Assembly: GCA_036339735.1 (NCBI GenBank)
Contig: JAYZAL010000001.1
Coordinates: 42,540-106,539 of the forward strand
Direction of reading: 5' to 3'
DNA from: Candidatus Poribacteria bacterium
GTDB lineage: Bacteria > Poribacteria > WGA-4E > UBA9662
Length of the DNA: 64,000 nt
Shown here: positions 54,421-64,000 of the stretch, piece by piece
Position numbering within the stretch: position 1 is the first letter of the stretch
How the letters are laid out: each line of letters starts with the position of its first letter
Position numbers and translations under genes: made by a program
The notes under the pieces: generated by a model
What the model was told of the DNA's origin: nothing
Database searches by the model: none
The model's input: only the letters and a program-made list of their open reading frames with translations

Positions 54421-55032
54421 TCAATCTGTGTCGTTTAATAGCTGGACTATCTCTTTTTTAAGTTTTTTCATAGCATATTGATCATCAGAGTTATAATAAC
54501 CCCGTATACGTTGCTGGCTATCCGAAAGAATAAAGTACGGGCTATGATTAGCAAGTTCTGTTTTCGACCCAACTTTGAAACCTTCCCAAGCTAACCGGTG
54601 GATCTCTTTTTCGTCTCCGGTCAAGAAAAACCATTTTTTATTTTCTATACCGAAGGACTCAGCATATGTTTTCAATCTTTCAGGTGAATCATAAGCTGGG
54701 TTGACTGTAATTGAAAGTGATTGGAATTTTGGATTGTTTTGGTGCTGGCGAAAGACCCTAAGTTTCTTTTGTGTCATCATAGGGCATACACTTGGGCAAG
54801 TAGTAAAAATGAAGTCAGTTAATGTTACTTTGCCCTCCATTTTATCAACCGAAAAATAACTCGAGTGTTGATCAACGAGCTCAAATTTTGGAATACCACC
54901 GAGTATGGGCAAGGCCGCTTCCTCAGGATTATCTTGAGCACGACCGATTAAAATCTGGCGAGCTAAGGCAAGTGTGCCTAGTAAAAAAACCAAAAGAATA
55001 ACTACAAATCTGAGCTTATTTCGCATTTTCAT
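54421..55032 (-). CDS. SCO family copper chaperone
   Basis: FIFTTCPSVCP (CxxxC), WFFLTG, conserved His in NHS. Confidence 0.92.
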   Translation of the reverse strand: MKMRNKLRFVVILLVFLLGTLALARQILIGRAQDNPEEAALPILGGIPKFELVDQHSSYFSVDKMEGKVTLTDFIFTTCPSVCPMMTQKKLRVFRQHQNNPKFQSLSITVNPAYDSPERLKTYAESFGIENKKWFFLTGDEKEIHRLAWEGFKVGSKTELANHSPYFILSDSQQRIRGYYNSDDQYAMKKLKKEIVQLLNDTD

Positions 55033-55086
55033 CGAATGGCATTAGTTAGACAAACTTTCTTTGGTAGCTAAACTCATCCATTAACT

Positions 55087-55884
55087 CTACCAAGCATCTC
55101 CCTCTTCGATTGCTTTTTTTACTTGGTCTTTCTCCCAAGTTTTATATTCATCATGCTCTAACACAATTAATTGGCCAATCATCTTATAGTGCCCAGATCC
55201 ACACAGTTGAGCACAACCAATCTCCCATTTGTTATTTTTCGTTGGGTTCTTAGGTGAAGTCGCAGTTGGTGTAAAAGTAACGGGAATACTTGTACCAGGA
55301 ATGGCATCTTGTTTAACACGCATCACCGGTAAAAAGAAATTATGGATGACATCGTAGCTTCCAACGTGAACTAGAACCTTTTTATCGACTGGCACATACA
55401 ACCGACCAACACTAGCAAAATCATCTTTTGCATTTGGGTCAGAACGATCTAACCCAAGCACGTTACTACTGCCATCAATCAAGGTAGGGTCAGTTTTACC
55501 AAAAACACCATCTAACCCCGGATAGTGAATGTTCCACTGAAACTGCTGGCCTAGCGCACGGACTTCTACATCATAGTCGCTACCTTCTTCGGTTGCACTA
55601 GCAACTTCCTGAATCCAAAATGGTAACGAAAAAGCAATTAGCAGTACGGCTTCAATTAGTGCGACACCAATTTCAAGGTAGCTAGAGTAATGGCTTTTAA
55701 CACCGTGATAATCAGCTTTGGGGTTTCGGTTTTGGCTAAATCGAAATAATGTATACACAAAAAAGATTCCCCAACCGACGAACAGTACTAACATTAACCA
55801 ATGGACATAAACAATTAAGTTATCAACGCTATCGCCATGCGTAGAGGCATTAATAGGCATCCAAATTTGCAAAAATGATTTCAT
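55087..55884 (-). CDS. coxB: Cytochrome c oxidase subunit II
   Basis: Two TM helices, QFQW, DVIH, CuA motif CAQLCGSGHYKM. Confidence 0.92.
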   Translation of the reverse strand: MKSFLQIWMPINASTHGDSVDNLIVYVHWLMLVLFVGWGIFFVYTLFRFSQNRNPKADYHGVKSHYSSYLEIGVALIEAVLLIAFSLPFWIQEVASATEEGSDYDVEVRALGQQFQWNIHYPGLDGVFGKTDPTLIDGSSNVLGLDRSDPNAKDDFASVGRLYVPVDKKVLVHVGSYDVIHNFFLPVMRVKQDAIPGTSIPVTFTPTATSPKNPTKNNKWEIGCAQLCGSGHYKMIGQLIVLEHDEYKTWEKDQVKKAIEEGDAW

Positions 55885-56150
55885 TAATTATACCCTTCCC
55901 GTAGAGCTTCTATCTTCGCTGGTGGACTCGCTACTAATTGGCATTTTTTCGACCGCGACCTGAAATTTAGGAAAAAAACACCAAAACTCACAAGCAAAAA
56001 CCCAATGAATCCGAGTAGAACGAATATGGCACCATTCATGCCTTGCGTCATTTTTGAATTTGGATCTCCGAAGCAGACCGCACAGGCTATGACACTTTTG
56101 TTTTGTAAATTGAAGAGCAAAATCGAAAATAACAATGTCAGGCGTTTCAA
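55884..56150 (-). CDS. Small membrane protein with ACAVCFG (CxxC) motif, oxidase accessory
   Basis: Signal-like N-terminus, CxxC, one TM; overlaps both neighbours. Confidence 0.75.
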   Translation of the reverse strand: MKRLTLLFSILLFNLQNKSVIACAVCFGDPNSKMTQGMNGAIFVLLGFIGFLLVSFGVFFLNFRSRSKKCQLVASPPAKIEALREGYN

Positions 56151-56353
56151 AATGTATCTCCTGAATTAGGTAAATTTCGGACTTTCCTGATGAAGAGAAA
56201 CAAATAAACAGTTAGCCCAATACCTAAGATAAAAGATACAAAGGCTGAAATTAGTTGAGTAGCTCCGCCCTGTTTGATGCACCAAACACCGAAAAAGAAG
56301 GTTAGAGCTATGCTGATAAAAATGAAGAATGCGTGAAATGCTCTAAGAGACAC
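56147..56353 (-). CDS. Small two-TM protein in the subunit IV position (MSLRAFHAFFI...)
   Basis: GTG start after GGAGG, 68 aa; the longer called ORF overlaps coxC. Confidence 0.7.
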   Translation of the reverse strand: MSLRAFHAFFIFISIALTFFFGVWCIKQGGATQLISAFVSFILGIGLTVYLFLFIRKVRNLPNSGDTF

Positions 56354-56373
56354 AATGATACCTCCGTTGAGGT

Positions 56374-56973
56374 TTACAGCATAAGATAAAGGATTGGAAA
56401 TAAAAAGATCCAGACCAAATCCACAAAGTGCCAATATAGGCCTGAACATTCAATTCTGTTGGTGAAACGTTCAGGTTCTGTATACCACATTTTTGCGCCA
56501 GGCAATAGCAGATACAAGTTAACAACAACTCCGCCAACGATGTGTAATGCATGCAAGCCCGTCATAGTAAAATAGATAGCGTAGAAAGTGTTGGTCTTGG
56601 GAAAATACCCATGCGAAAACTTTTCTCCGTACTCAAATCCTTTAATTACCAAAAAACCAATGGAAAGAAGAATAGTCACCGCCATGAACACTTTATAACG
56701 CCCTAAGTTATTCATCTTTAAAGAAGCCCAAGACATGACGATTGTTACACTTGAGGTAATTAAAAGAATAGTGTTAAGAGTTGCAACTGGGACGTTAAGT
56801 TTTTTCACGCTGTTATGCCAGACGCCCTCAGGCGAACCGATATAAAGCAATATTAAAGTCGAAAAAAGAGCTCCAAATAGCATAACTTCAGAAGCCAAGA
56901 AGAGCCAAATTCCCATTTTCCCATTGTAAACTCCAGTATCGGGTCTAGGTTTTACGGTATATGGAATATCCAT
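56374..56973 (-). CDS. coxC: Cytochrome c oxidase subunit III (short form)
   Basis: WLFLASEVMLF, TGLHALH, LYWHFVDLVWIFLF. Confidence 0.94.
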   Translation of the reverse strand: MDIPYTVKPRPDTGVYNGKMGIWLFLASEVMLFGALFSTLILLYIGSPEGVWHNSVKKLNVPVATLNTILLITSSVTIVMSWASLKMNNLGRYKVFMAVTILLSIGFLVIKGFEYGEKFSHGYFPKTNTFYAIYFTMTGLHALHIVGGVVVNLYLLLPGAKMWYTEPERFTNRIECSGLYWHFVDLVWIFLFPILYLML

Positions 56974-56975
56974 TG

Positions 56976-58694
56976 CTACGCCTCCGTTTCTTTCAAAGTC
57001 TGTGGTAAGAAGTCAGTATTATGACCTGGAACACTATACTCATAAGGCCCACGATGAACTTCCGGAATTGTAGCGAAGTTCAAATGAGGGATAGGCGGTG
57101 ATGGAGCGGCGCACCACTCCAGCGTAGTTGCTTGCCATAGATTGTCATCAGCTTTTTCTTTTGAAAACAATGAACCAAAAAAATTGAAGATAAAGAACAA
57201 TTGGAAGAATGCTAACCCGATTGCACCATGAGTGCTAAAGGTATTAAGATGTAATACCTCTTGTGCATGCGCATAGCTAACTCCACCATCCCACAGCCTA
57301 CGCGAAACTCCGGCTAATCCCATACCAAACATAGGCATAAATACTAGGTTCATACAAACCATAGAGCCAAAGAAGTGAATTTTACCCAATGTTTCGTTCA
57401 TTCTTTTCCCTGTCACTTTTGGGTACCAGTAATATATACCTGCAAAAAGAGCAAAAATAGTACCTGGTGCGACCACGTAGTGGAAATGACCTATAACATA
57501 GTAAGTATCGTGCAAATGAATATCGCTAGTATTTAAGCCCAGAGGAAGACCTGTTAAGCCACCAATACCAAACATTGGTAGGAAACCAAGAGCAAATAGC
57601 ATCGGTGTGTTAAACCGAATCGCTCCTCCCCAAAGAGAAATGAAGAAAGCTGTCAAAATTATTACGGATGGAATGGAAATAATCATCGTTGTTGCTTGGA
57701 AGAAAGCACTGATGGCTGTTCCCATTCCGGTCATATACATGTGGTGCGCCCAAACCATAAAAGACATAAAACCCAAGAAAATCGAGGCATATACCATCGA
57801 TTTATACCCCCAAAGAGGCTTACGAGTATTGTTGGCTATTATTTCACCAACGATTCCCATGGCAGGAAGAATCAAAACGTATACTTCGGGGTGAGCTAAA
57901 AACCAGAATAGATGCTGCCACAATAATGGGCTACCACCAGAATAATTTTGTACGACATCGCTGACGACTAACCCACTAGGCATGAAGAAACTAGTTCCTG
58001 CCACTCGATCCATCAACTGCAAAATACCTGCGGCTTCCAGTGGAGGAAAAGCTAATAGTAATAAAAATGAGGTGACTAACTGAGTCCAGACAAAGAAAGG
58101 TAACCTCATAAAGGTTAATCCAGGTGCACGGAGTTGGAATATAGTGACAATGATATTAGCTGAGCCTAGTAGAGAAGAAGTAATGAGAAATACCATTCCC
58201 AGAAGCCACATAGTTTGGCCGTCCCAAAAAGCACTTCCACCCGCCAAAACCGAGAGTGGGGCATAAGAAGTCCAACCGGATTGCGCTGCTCCACCAGGTG
58301 TCAGAAAGCCAAGCATCATCACGATACCTCCGACGAAATAAACCCAGTAACTAGCCATATTAAGTCGAGGGAAAGCCATATCAGGCGCACCAACTTGTAT
58401 AGGAACCATATAATTACCAAAAGCACCAACAGCTAATGGTACTACTCCTAAAAAGACCATAATGGTGCCGTGCATTGCCCCTAGCATATTATATTGGTCT
58501 TGGGAGATGAAGGCTTTCTCAGGATAAGCCAATTGCCATCGCATCACCAACATAAAACAGAAACCAACCAAAAGGAAAAAGAGGCTGGTGATACCGTACT
58601 GAATACCAATAACTTTATGGTCGACGGAAAAAATATATTTCCGCCAGAACCCCTCATCGTGATGATGGTTATGGTCGTGATGATGTTCTGCCAT
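56976..58694 (-). CDS. coxA: Cytochrome c oxidase subunit I, A1-type
   Basis: DHKVIG, MHGTIM, DMAFPRLN, HPEVY, WAHH, HFHY; His-rich N-terminus. Confidence 0.96.
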   Translation of the reverse strand: MAEHHHDHNHHHDEGFWRKYIFSVDHKVIGIQYGITSLFFLLVGFCFMLVMRWQLAYPEKAFISQDQYNMLGAMHGTIMVFLGVVPLAVGAFGNYMVPIQVGAPDMAFPRLNMASYWVYFVGGIVMMLGFLTPGGAAQSGWTSYAPLSVLAGGSAFWDGQTMWLLGMVFLITSSLLGSANIIVTIFQLRAPGLTFMRLPFFVWTQLVTSFLLLLAFPPLEAAGILQLMDRVAGTSFFMPSGLVVSDVVQNYSGGSPLLWQHLFWFLAHPEVYVLILPAMGIVGEIIANNTRKPLWGYKSMVYASIFLGFMSFMVWAHHMYMTGMGTAISAFFQATTMIISIPSVIILTAFFISLWGGAIRFNTPMLFALGFLPMFGIGGLTGLPLGLNTSDIHLHDTYYVIGHFHYVVAPGTIFALFAGIYYWYPKVTGKRMNETLGKIHFFGSMVCMNLVFMPMFGMGLAGVSRRLWDGGVSYAHAQEVLHLNTFSTHGAIGLAFFQLFFIFNFFGSLFSKEKADDNLWQATTLEWCAAPSPPIPHLNFATIPEVHRGPYEYSVPGHNTDFLPQTLKETEA

Positions 58695-58752
58695 TTCTCG
58701 TTCCTCGTTTATTCTAGTCGTTCACTTGTATTCTGTATGTGTACTTTCTTGT

Positions 58753-59559
58753 TTAGGACTTCGACAGCGTGAAATCAAGCTTAGCTGATTGGCCATCTAC
58801 AATCTCAATTTCTTTTGTTTGCTCGCCCAATCGCTCGTGCCAAATCTCAACTGTGTACTTACCCGCGGGAAGATCTTTAATTTGGTATTTCCCGTCTTTT
58901 TGCGTAACATGAAAAAACGGATGGGAAATAACACTAACATAGCTTTTCATCCATGGGTGAATGTCACATTTAACAAAGAAGGTTTCTTCTGTATCATATG
59001 TCCATTCTAATTCACTGCCCTTGTTAACGGCTTTGTTAAAGGCTTTATTTTTTTCAGATAATGTGTGCACATTGTGTGGGACACTGTCTGAATTTTTAAA
59101 CTTAACCGTCTGGCCAGCCTGAACTCCGAGGACATGAGGAGTGTAAACACAACCCACTTGATCCATTTCAACAGGAGCAGTAGGCGGGTCGTATTTGGCA
59201 TTACTTGGTAGTCCGCTTTTAATTTTAACAACAACATTGCCAACGGTATTATTTTCACCCAAAACCAATGCTTCCGATATAACATCTGAACTGTGCTGTT
59301 CTTTACACTCAGCTACTGCCCCCATATCTACGGTCTTCAACTTTGGAACTGTGCCGGAGAAATTGATAATACCTGAGATAGAAGCCGTACCTGTAGTACT
59401 AGTTTCAACGGCTTTTGATTTAGTAGATGTGGTTGCTGCAGAGGGTCTTTTTGGGGGAGCGGGTTGGTCTCCACCACACCCGATGATATAGGTTGATATT
59501 AATAATAAAATAAGTACGTTGATCCAAATAAACCCCGTATGGTGGATGCGCTGATTCAT
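58753..59559 (-). CDS. Lipoprotein with cupredoxin-like and carboxypeptidase-regulatory-like domains
   Basis: Lipobox IIGC; DQVGCVYTPH, HNVH, KCDIHPWM, GKYTVEIWHE. Confidence 0.8.
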   Translation of the reverse strand: MNQRIHHTGFIWINVLILLLISTYIIGCGGDQPAPPKRPSAATTSTKSKAVETSTTGTASISGIINFSGTVPKLKTVDMGAVAECKEQHSSDVISEALVLGENNTVGNVVVKIKSGLPSNAKYDPPTAPVEMDQVGCVYTPHVLGVQAGQTVKFKNSDSVPHNVHTLSEKNKAFNKAVNKGSELEWTYDTEETFFVKCDIHPWMKSYVSVISHPFFHVTQKDGKYQIKDLPAGKYTVEIWHERLGEQTKEIEIVDGQSAKLDFTLSKS

Positions 59560-59566
59560 TTAATTT

Positions 59567-60016
59567 TTAATTCTCCTTCTCAAACCTTTCAGCTAGAAAG
59601 TGTTCAAATTGTTCAATTTTAGGAGGGATGTCGAACCCCCGGAATTCACATCGGCAATCATAACAAATAGCTATGTCTGCTACGTGTCTGTATAGCAGGA
59701 TATCAAAAGCGGTGAAAACGGATAAACTACAAATCGTAATAATTAGGAAATAACGATAACCGATCACATAACCGATGATTGCTGGCACTACAAACCCGCC
59801 TAAAATAACAATACCACAACCAAGTAGGTGATTGAAATCTTTTTGCCGGTAAAAATATCTACAACCACAAAAGGTACAACTTTCCAACGGAATTCCCTTG
59901 GAGGACCAATTTACACCACATTGATCACAGCAGCCAATGCTTGATGATGGCTTACTTTTATATTTAACAGCAAATGGTTCATCGCAGTTGGGACATTCAC
60001 CTGATATTGTCCGCAT
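59567..60016 (-). CDS. Cys-rich (Zn-ribbon-like) membrane protein
   Basis: CPNC, CDQC, CTFC, CYDC; FYRQKDFN; two TM helices. Confidence 0.75.
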   Translation of the reverse strand: MRTISGECPNCDEPFAVKYKSKPSSSIGCCDQCGVNWSSKGIPLESCTFCGCRYFYRQKDFNHLLGCGIVILGGFVVPAIIGYVIGYRYFLIITICSLSVFTAFDILLYRHVADIAICYDCRCEFRGFDIPPKIEQFEHFLAERFEKEN

Positions 60017-60822
60017 TATAGAACTAATCCATACTCTAATAAATAATACTTATAGGCTAGTTCACCCATTAAGATTGAGGTCACGACTACATATAAAATT
60101 CCTGTTGCTGATTGGGTCGATTGAACTTTTATGGTTTCATAAACCATATATGTCAGGATCAAGGGGAAAATTATTCCAAAGAACCAACCGACACCAAGCA
60201 GTAAACCATCTATCGTTTGCAAAAATTGCAACATTGATATCAGTTTACCTCTGTGGTCAATTTGCAAAGTTAAGGCTGCAAGACCACTCCATAACAGCCG
60301 TATGCCGAGCAAACCCCATAGCAGTTTGGTCGCTTTATCTAGCAGCGCGATGGGCAGATCCGTAACGTTTAAATACCAATGACCGAGAACACCAGCAAAA
60401 ATTGCCGCACACAGAACCAGACTGCCCAAAAATGAGAGTAAGGTTTCGAATTCCCAATTGGGTGAAGCTATTATGCTACGACCAACTACTTGGAACAAAA
60501 CCATCACACCTAATATTGAAGGAAGAGCAACAATTCTTACCCGAATTTGGCTTCGATTCCAAAACAAAACAGTAACAGTAAGTAAAGCAACAGACCACAG
60601 AATGGCCAAGCACCGAATCAGCAATAAATACTGGGCACCAATTAATTCAACTAGATTGGGTAGCCACAAGCAAGCCAATCCGGTTAGTACAGATAAACAA
60701 CTGAAGCCAAGGTTAAATCTGTAGAAGCCAGTGTTAATTAACTTACTATCATTGACCCAAAAAAATAAAGGGTAGAAGCAGGCAAAATTGAAAGCTGTCG
60801 TAATTAAGAGTTGAGACAACAT
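60016..60822 (-). CDS. Polytopic membrane protein with GHWYL and QSATGILY motifs
   Basis: About 8 TM segments; coupled to neighbours in the respiratory cluster. Confidence 0.75.
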   Translation of the reverse strand: MLSQLLITTAFNFACFYPLFFWVNDSKLINTGFYRFNLGFSCLSVLTGLACLWLPNLVELIGAQYLLLIRCLAILWSVALLTVTVLFWNRSQIRVRIVALPSILGVMVLFQVVGRSIIASPNWEFETLLSFLGSLVLCAAIFAGVLGHWYLNVTDLPIALLDKATKLLWGLLGIRLLWSGLAALTLQIDHRGKLISMLQFLQTIDGLLLGVGWFFGIIFPLILTYMVYETIKVQSTQSATGILYVVVTSILMGELAYKYYLLEYGLVL

Positions 60823-60847
60823 CAGTAGCCGACTCGATGAACTATAT

Positions 60848-63800
60848 TTATTCGGTGTTCAGAACGTACTTCTTAATTGCTTGGGTTTCTGCATCTGGCA
60901 ATTGCTGAACAACTTGATTGGCACTAAAGTTCAAAACATAATCTCTGAGTGCACGAACTTGGGCGCCATCATCTCCACCTAATATTTCAGGGAATGCGGT
61001 ACTATGTGTATACCCTTCAGAATCTTTCATTAGATCCTTATATCCTTCATAATAGGCAGGCATCTTGGTACCAGACATCAGGCCTGGTGCATTAGCGATC
61101 CAGTATGCCAACCACTCTGGTTTCAGTCGTTGGCTGGCTAAACTCCAGTTTGGTGCTTGATCTTTAGGTAACTTATTCTGGGGTTCTTTATTTCCCATCC
61201 AGTGGCACTGACCACAATTGTGTCCATCTTTAGAAACTAGCTTTTCTGCCTCAACATATTCCTTATTAGATAGGCTGATTTGATGTGGGTCGCGAAATAC
61301 GTTGTTTTGCCAAGAATCGACATCTACCCATTCGAAGTGTTCTCCTTTTGGCTGTAAATAATTGAAGTACTTGATAAGAATGTTGATCTCTTCCTCAGTA
61401 AAACTATAAGTTGGCATCCTGATCTGAACCGCCGGTCTAACCATTTCAGGAGCTCGCAAGAAATGATACAACCAATCTGGTTGAACTTTTTGCCCTTCAC
61501 CAATCAGGTTTGGCGGAATAAAACTCACCAAATCGGCTTTAGCTTCCATTCGAGATAAATCTTCGTAATCAGGTTGATCCATCATCCAGTCAAATAACGC
61601 AGTCTTGATCGCGTGCCCGCGGCCTTCGATTAAATGACAGCCTTGACAATTCTTCTCAGCAATAATGCTTTGTCCTTTTTCGTAGAAAACATTTTTTGCT
61701 GTTCTAGGCATAATCTTGGAAGCCTCGGCATCTTGCTTAACAAATCCCATTAGAGCTGTAACGATGGCTTCAATTTCCATGTCAGTGAAACCATAGTTAG
61801 GCATCCTATATTTGTCTTGGAAGGGTTTGAACTCGTTAACAACATGTACATTATCTAAGTTTGTTAGCTTCTCTGTATCTAAATCCACGATTGCATTAGT
61901 TCCCCAAATTCTGGGATTTTTCAGTTTCTGTGTAAACCAAGCGGAGTTAGTGTGTGGTAGATGATCCTTGTATTTTTTCTTGCCTTTTTCATCTACATAT
62001 TCTGATTGTACTAAACCGAAGTCAAACTTTTTGACCATTTTACTTCCATGATACGTTAACTCGGCTCCGATAGGTTTCGCATCCTCAAATCCTGAAATTT
62101 CATGGCATCCATAGCAACCATAATGACTAATCAGTTTTTTGCCGGCGTAACTAAGCTTATCTTCCTCATTCCAACTAGCTAATTGACTGGTTATCTCATC
62201 CTTAGTATAAGATCCTTGTAAAAACTCACCAGCAATTGTGTCAAGCATCGTCGTGTTATAGTCAGCTACCGTAGTTTGATCAAACCCTTTTTGATTTAAT
62301 GAAAGCAAATATTCAGTCAAATCGGCAGCCTCTTGGTTTGTTAACCTCAAATTTGGCATCATAGTATTCGGGTTGTACTCTTGTGGATTTTTGATCCAAC
62401 TATATATCCACTCAGCTGACGCTTTAGCACCAATACCTATTAGATTGGGTCCATATTCTTTACGGATCTGGTTTCTTTTATCAGCAAGATCTTCTGCTTC
62501 CTTGGTAGAATCAGGTGCTACTTGATGACACCCTTGACAACCAAGTGCTCCAAATAGGTTTTTCCCATTCTTTCTATTCCCTACTTTAGGAATTTCACCT
62601 AATTCAAAGTCATGGCTTTGCTCGAATATATAGTGGGTCATTGCCTGTATTTCAGTATCATTTCGGATGCCAGATTCAACTTGTTTTTCGTCGTTTTGAT
62701 AACGGTGATTTAAAAGGAGACCGACACTATCTGTTGGGTCACTATCACCCGAACCATAAAAGGATGGCATCCAAGTGTTATGACGAAAATCTCTTGGGTT
62801 TTTGATCCATTTTTTCGCCCAATCTCGATCCTTCAGTTTTGAGGCAACCTTACGTAAAGATGGACCAATATTTTTCTTTTCCATTCTTGGTCTATATTTT
62901 TCTATAGCGTGACAGCCGTAGCAGCCTGATTTTTCGATCAAAGCCAAACCTAAGTTTAGCTTGTCTGCACCTTCTAGATTAGTTGCTTCAGAATGACATT
63001 TAAAACAACCCGCCTCCGTGTACTTTTTGGGATACATGGGTCTTGGCCAATGATGCATTTGGTGCCAATCCTTCTCTTTCACATCTCCGGAGCCTATCTC
63101 ACCATGGTGCCACTTCAACTCCTGTTGGTGTGTTGAAGGCATGTGAACGGTAGACACAAAACTGGTACCTCTCCCCCGTCCTGCATGACAACTAGTACAT
63201 CCAAATGAATCATACGCATGGGGCGAGTTACTACTGACAAACAAGTCTAGGTTAGGATGCGCATTATAAGGGGGGGATTCATCCGCAAATTCCGGGCGGT
63301 CCATTCCTTGGTGGCAACTGACACAACGGTCAACTTTTGGTACTTTGACAAAGTTCATGTCTTCGGTTACGTCATTGACAACGACCTGTTGTATGCGATA
63401 GTAGGGGTTAGTCAAATCTAGAATTGGTAAGTCTCTGATAGCATCAGCAATTTTGTTAGCAGTACTCATACGGGTCACTTCCACTTTTGCATGCTGTCTA
63501 GCTAATAGGACTTTCTCCTTGCCGAAATTTTCTTCAAATCTTTTGTCTACATCTTTCTCCTTCGCTCTTAATTCTTGCAGACGTTTTTCTTGCTTTCGGA
63601 CTCTGACATCGAGTTTTTCTTGTTCTAATTTCTTTTGCCTAACTTTTTCTGTGTCCGCAGCCAGCTTTTTCCTTAATTCATCTGCATTTCCACCATGCCC
63701 AACTTGAGCCTCTTTGTATTCATAAGTTAATTTATTGAGCTCAGCTTTAGCAAATTTATAATCCTGATCTACAACATAAAACGCGTCATTGGCAGCTTTT

Positions 63801-64000
63801 AAATCCTCTTTTGCTTCATTGTATTCTTCAGCAGCGCGGATTTTCTCTTTCTCTAAATAAGCATCATATAGGCCGGAATCGTATTCGTCACTATCATATC
63901 CGACAGCAAGTTTTTCGGACTGTATCTTTCTGAAGTTTCTCTGATAATGTTTCCAAGACCTTTCGTAGTCATCAGCAAACATCCACACTAGTGAAACAAG
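60848..64000 (-). CDS. Membrane-anchored octaheme c-type cytochrome (5'-truncated by window edge)
   Basis: Eight CxxCH motifs (CVSCH, CTSCH, CFKCH, CYGCH, CQGCH, CYGCH, CQGCH, CGQCH); N-terminal coiled coil; frame open to the window end. Confidence 0.92.
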   Translation of the reverse strand, partial: LVSLVWMFADDYERSWKHYQRNFRKIQSEKLAVGYDSDEYDSGLYDAYLEKEKIRAAEEYNEAKEDLKAANDAFYVVDQDYKFAKAELNKLTYEYKEAQVGHGGNADELRKKLAADTEKVRQKKLEQEKLDVRVRKQEKRLQELRAKEKDVDKRFEENFGKEKVLLARQHAKVEVTRMSTANKIADAIRDLPILDLTNPYYRIQQVVVNDVTEDMNFVKVPKVDRCVSCHQGMDRPEFADESPPYNAHPNLDLFVSSNSPHAYDSFGCTSCHAGRGRGTSFVSTVHMPSTHQQELKWHHGEIGSGDVKEKDWHQMHHWPRPMYPKKYTEAGCFKCHSEATNLEGADKLNLGLALIEKSGCYGCHAIEKYRPRMEKKNIGPSLRKVASKLKDRDWAKKWIKNPRDFRHNTWMPSFYGSGDSDPTDSVGLLLNHRYQNDEKQVESGIRNDTEIQAMTHYIFEQSHDFELGEIPKVGNRKNGKNLFGALGCQGCHQVAPDSTKEAEDLADKRNQIRKEYGPNLIGIGAKASAEWIYSWIKNPQEYNPNTMMPNLRLTNQEAADLTEYLLSLNQKGFDQTTVADYNTTMLDTIAGEFLQGSYTKDEITSQLASWNEEDKLSYAGKKLISHYGCYGCHEISGFEDAKPIGAELTYHGSKMVKKFDFGLVQSEYVDEKGKKKYKDHLPHTNSAWFTQKLKNPRIWGTNAIVDLDTEKLTNLDNVHVVNEFKPFQDKYRMPNYGFTDMEIEAIVTALMGFVKQDAEASKIMPRTAKNVFYEKGQSIIAEKNCQGCHLIEGRGHAIKTALFDWMMDQPDYEDLSRMEAKADLVSFIPPNLIGEGQKVQPDWLYHFLRAPEMVRPAVQIRMPTYSFTEEEINILIKYFNYLQPKGEHFEWVDVDSWQNNVFRDPHQISLSNKEYVEAEKLVSKDGHNCGQCHWMGNKEPQNKLPKDQAPNWSLASQRLKPEWLAYWIANAPGLMSGTKMPAYYEGYKDLMKDSEGYTHSTAFPEILGGDDGAQVRALRDYVLNFSANQVVQQLPDAETQAIKKYVLNTE

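Noticed and set aside
55180-55225. CuA motif with Q instead of E (CAQLC)
   Set aside because: That residue ligates through its backbone carbonyl and Q variants are known, so it is not evidence of a defect
56354-56552. ORFs 56147-56449 (long form) and 56343-56552
   Set aside because: They overlap coxC; the real small gene most likely starts at GTG 56353

Overview
AT-rich bacterial chromosomal window, mostly core metabolism, with no CRISPR array, rRNA, tRNA or intact mobile element seen. In order it holds: the end of phnE; tsaC and tsaD; a long minus-strand block (two PLP aminotransferases, a DUF4432-type epimerase, a sugar ABC transporter, a Hyi-like isomerase, a second PhnD/C/E-like 'putative selenate' ABC transporter); MFS and ilvD; a PhyH dioxygenase; DUF1800/DUF1501; an aldo-keto reductase; a PyrR-attenuated HD-pyrR-pyrC-carA-carB operon lacking pyrB; VWA and sulfatase genes; a 1489-aa Ig-repeat secreted protein; acs-argH; a CsgG-like plus LPP20 pair; aroF-leuA; and a respiratory cluster (octaheme cytochrome c, accessory genes, A1-type cytochrome c oxidase in the order I-III-x-x-II, SCO). 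The most notable signal is absent from the ORF track: a 40-codon leader peptide containing LGLFFLYFFYY, with a near-consensus promoter and competing terminator/antiterminator hairpins upstream of aroF-leuA, i.e. an apparent multivalent Phe/Tyr/Leu attenuator. A complete PyrR attenuator whose first gene is an HD-family protein with HD changed to HE, two candidate structured RNAs and three decayed gene remnants were also read from the DNA. Gene content resembles a marine Ca. Poribacteria/PVC-like organism (inference only). All annotations come from motif recognition; no database searches were run.
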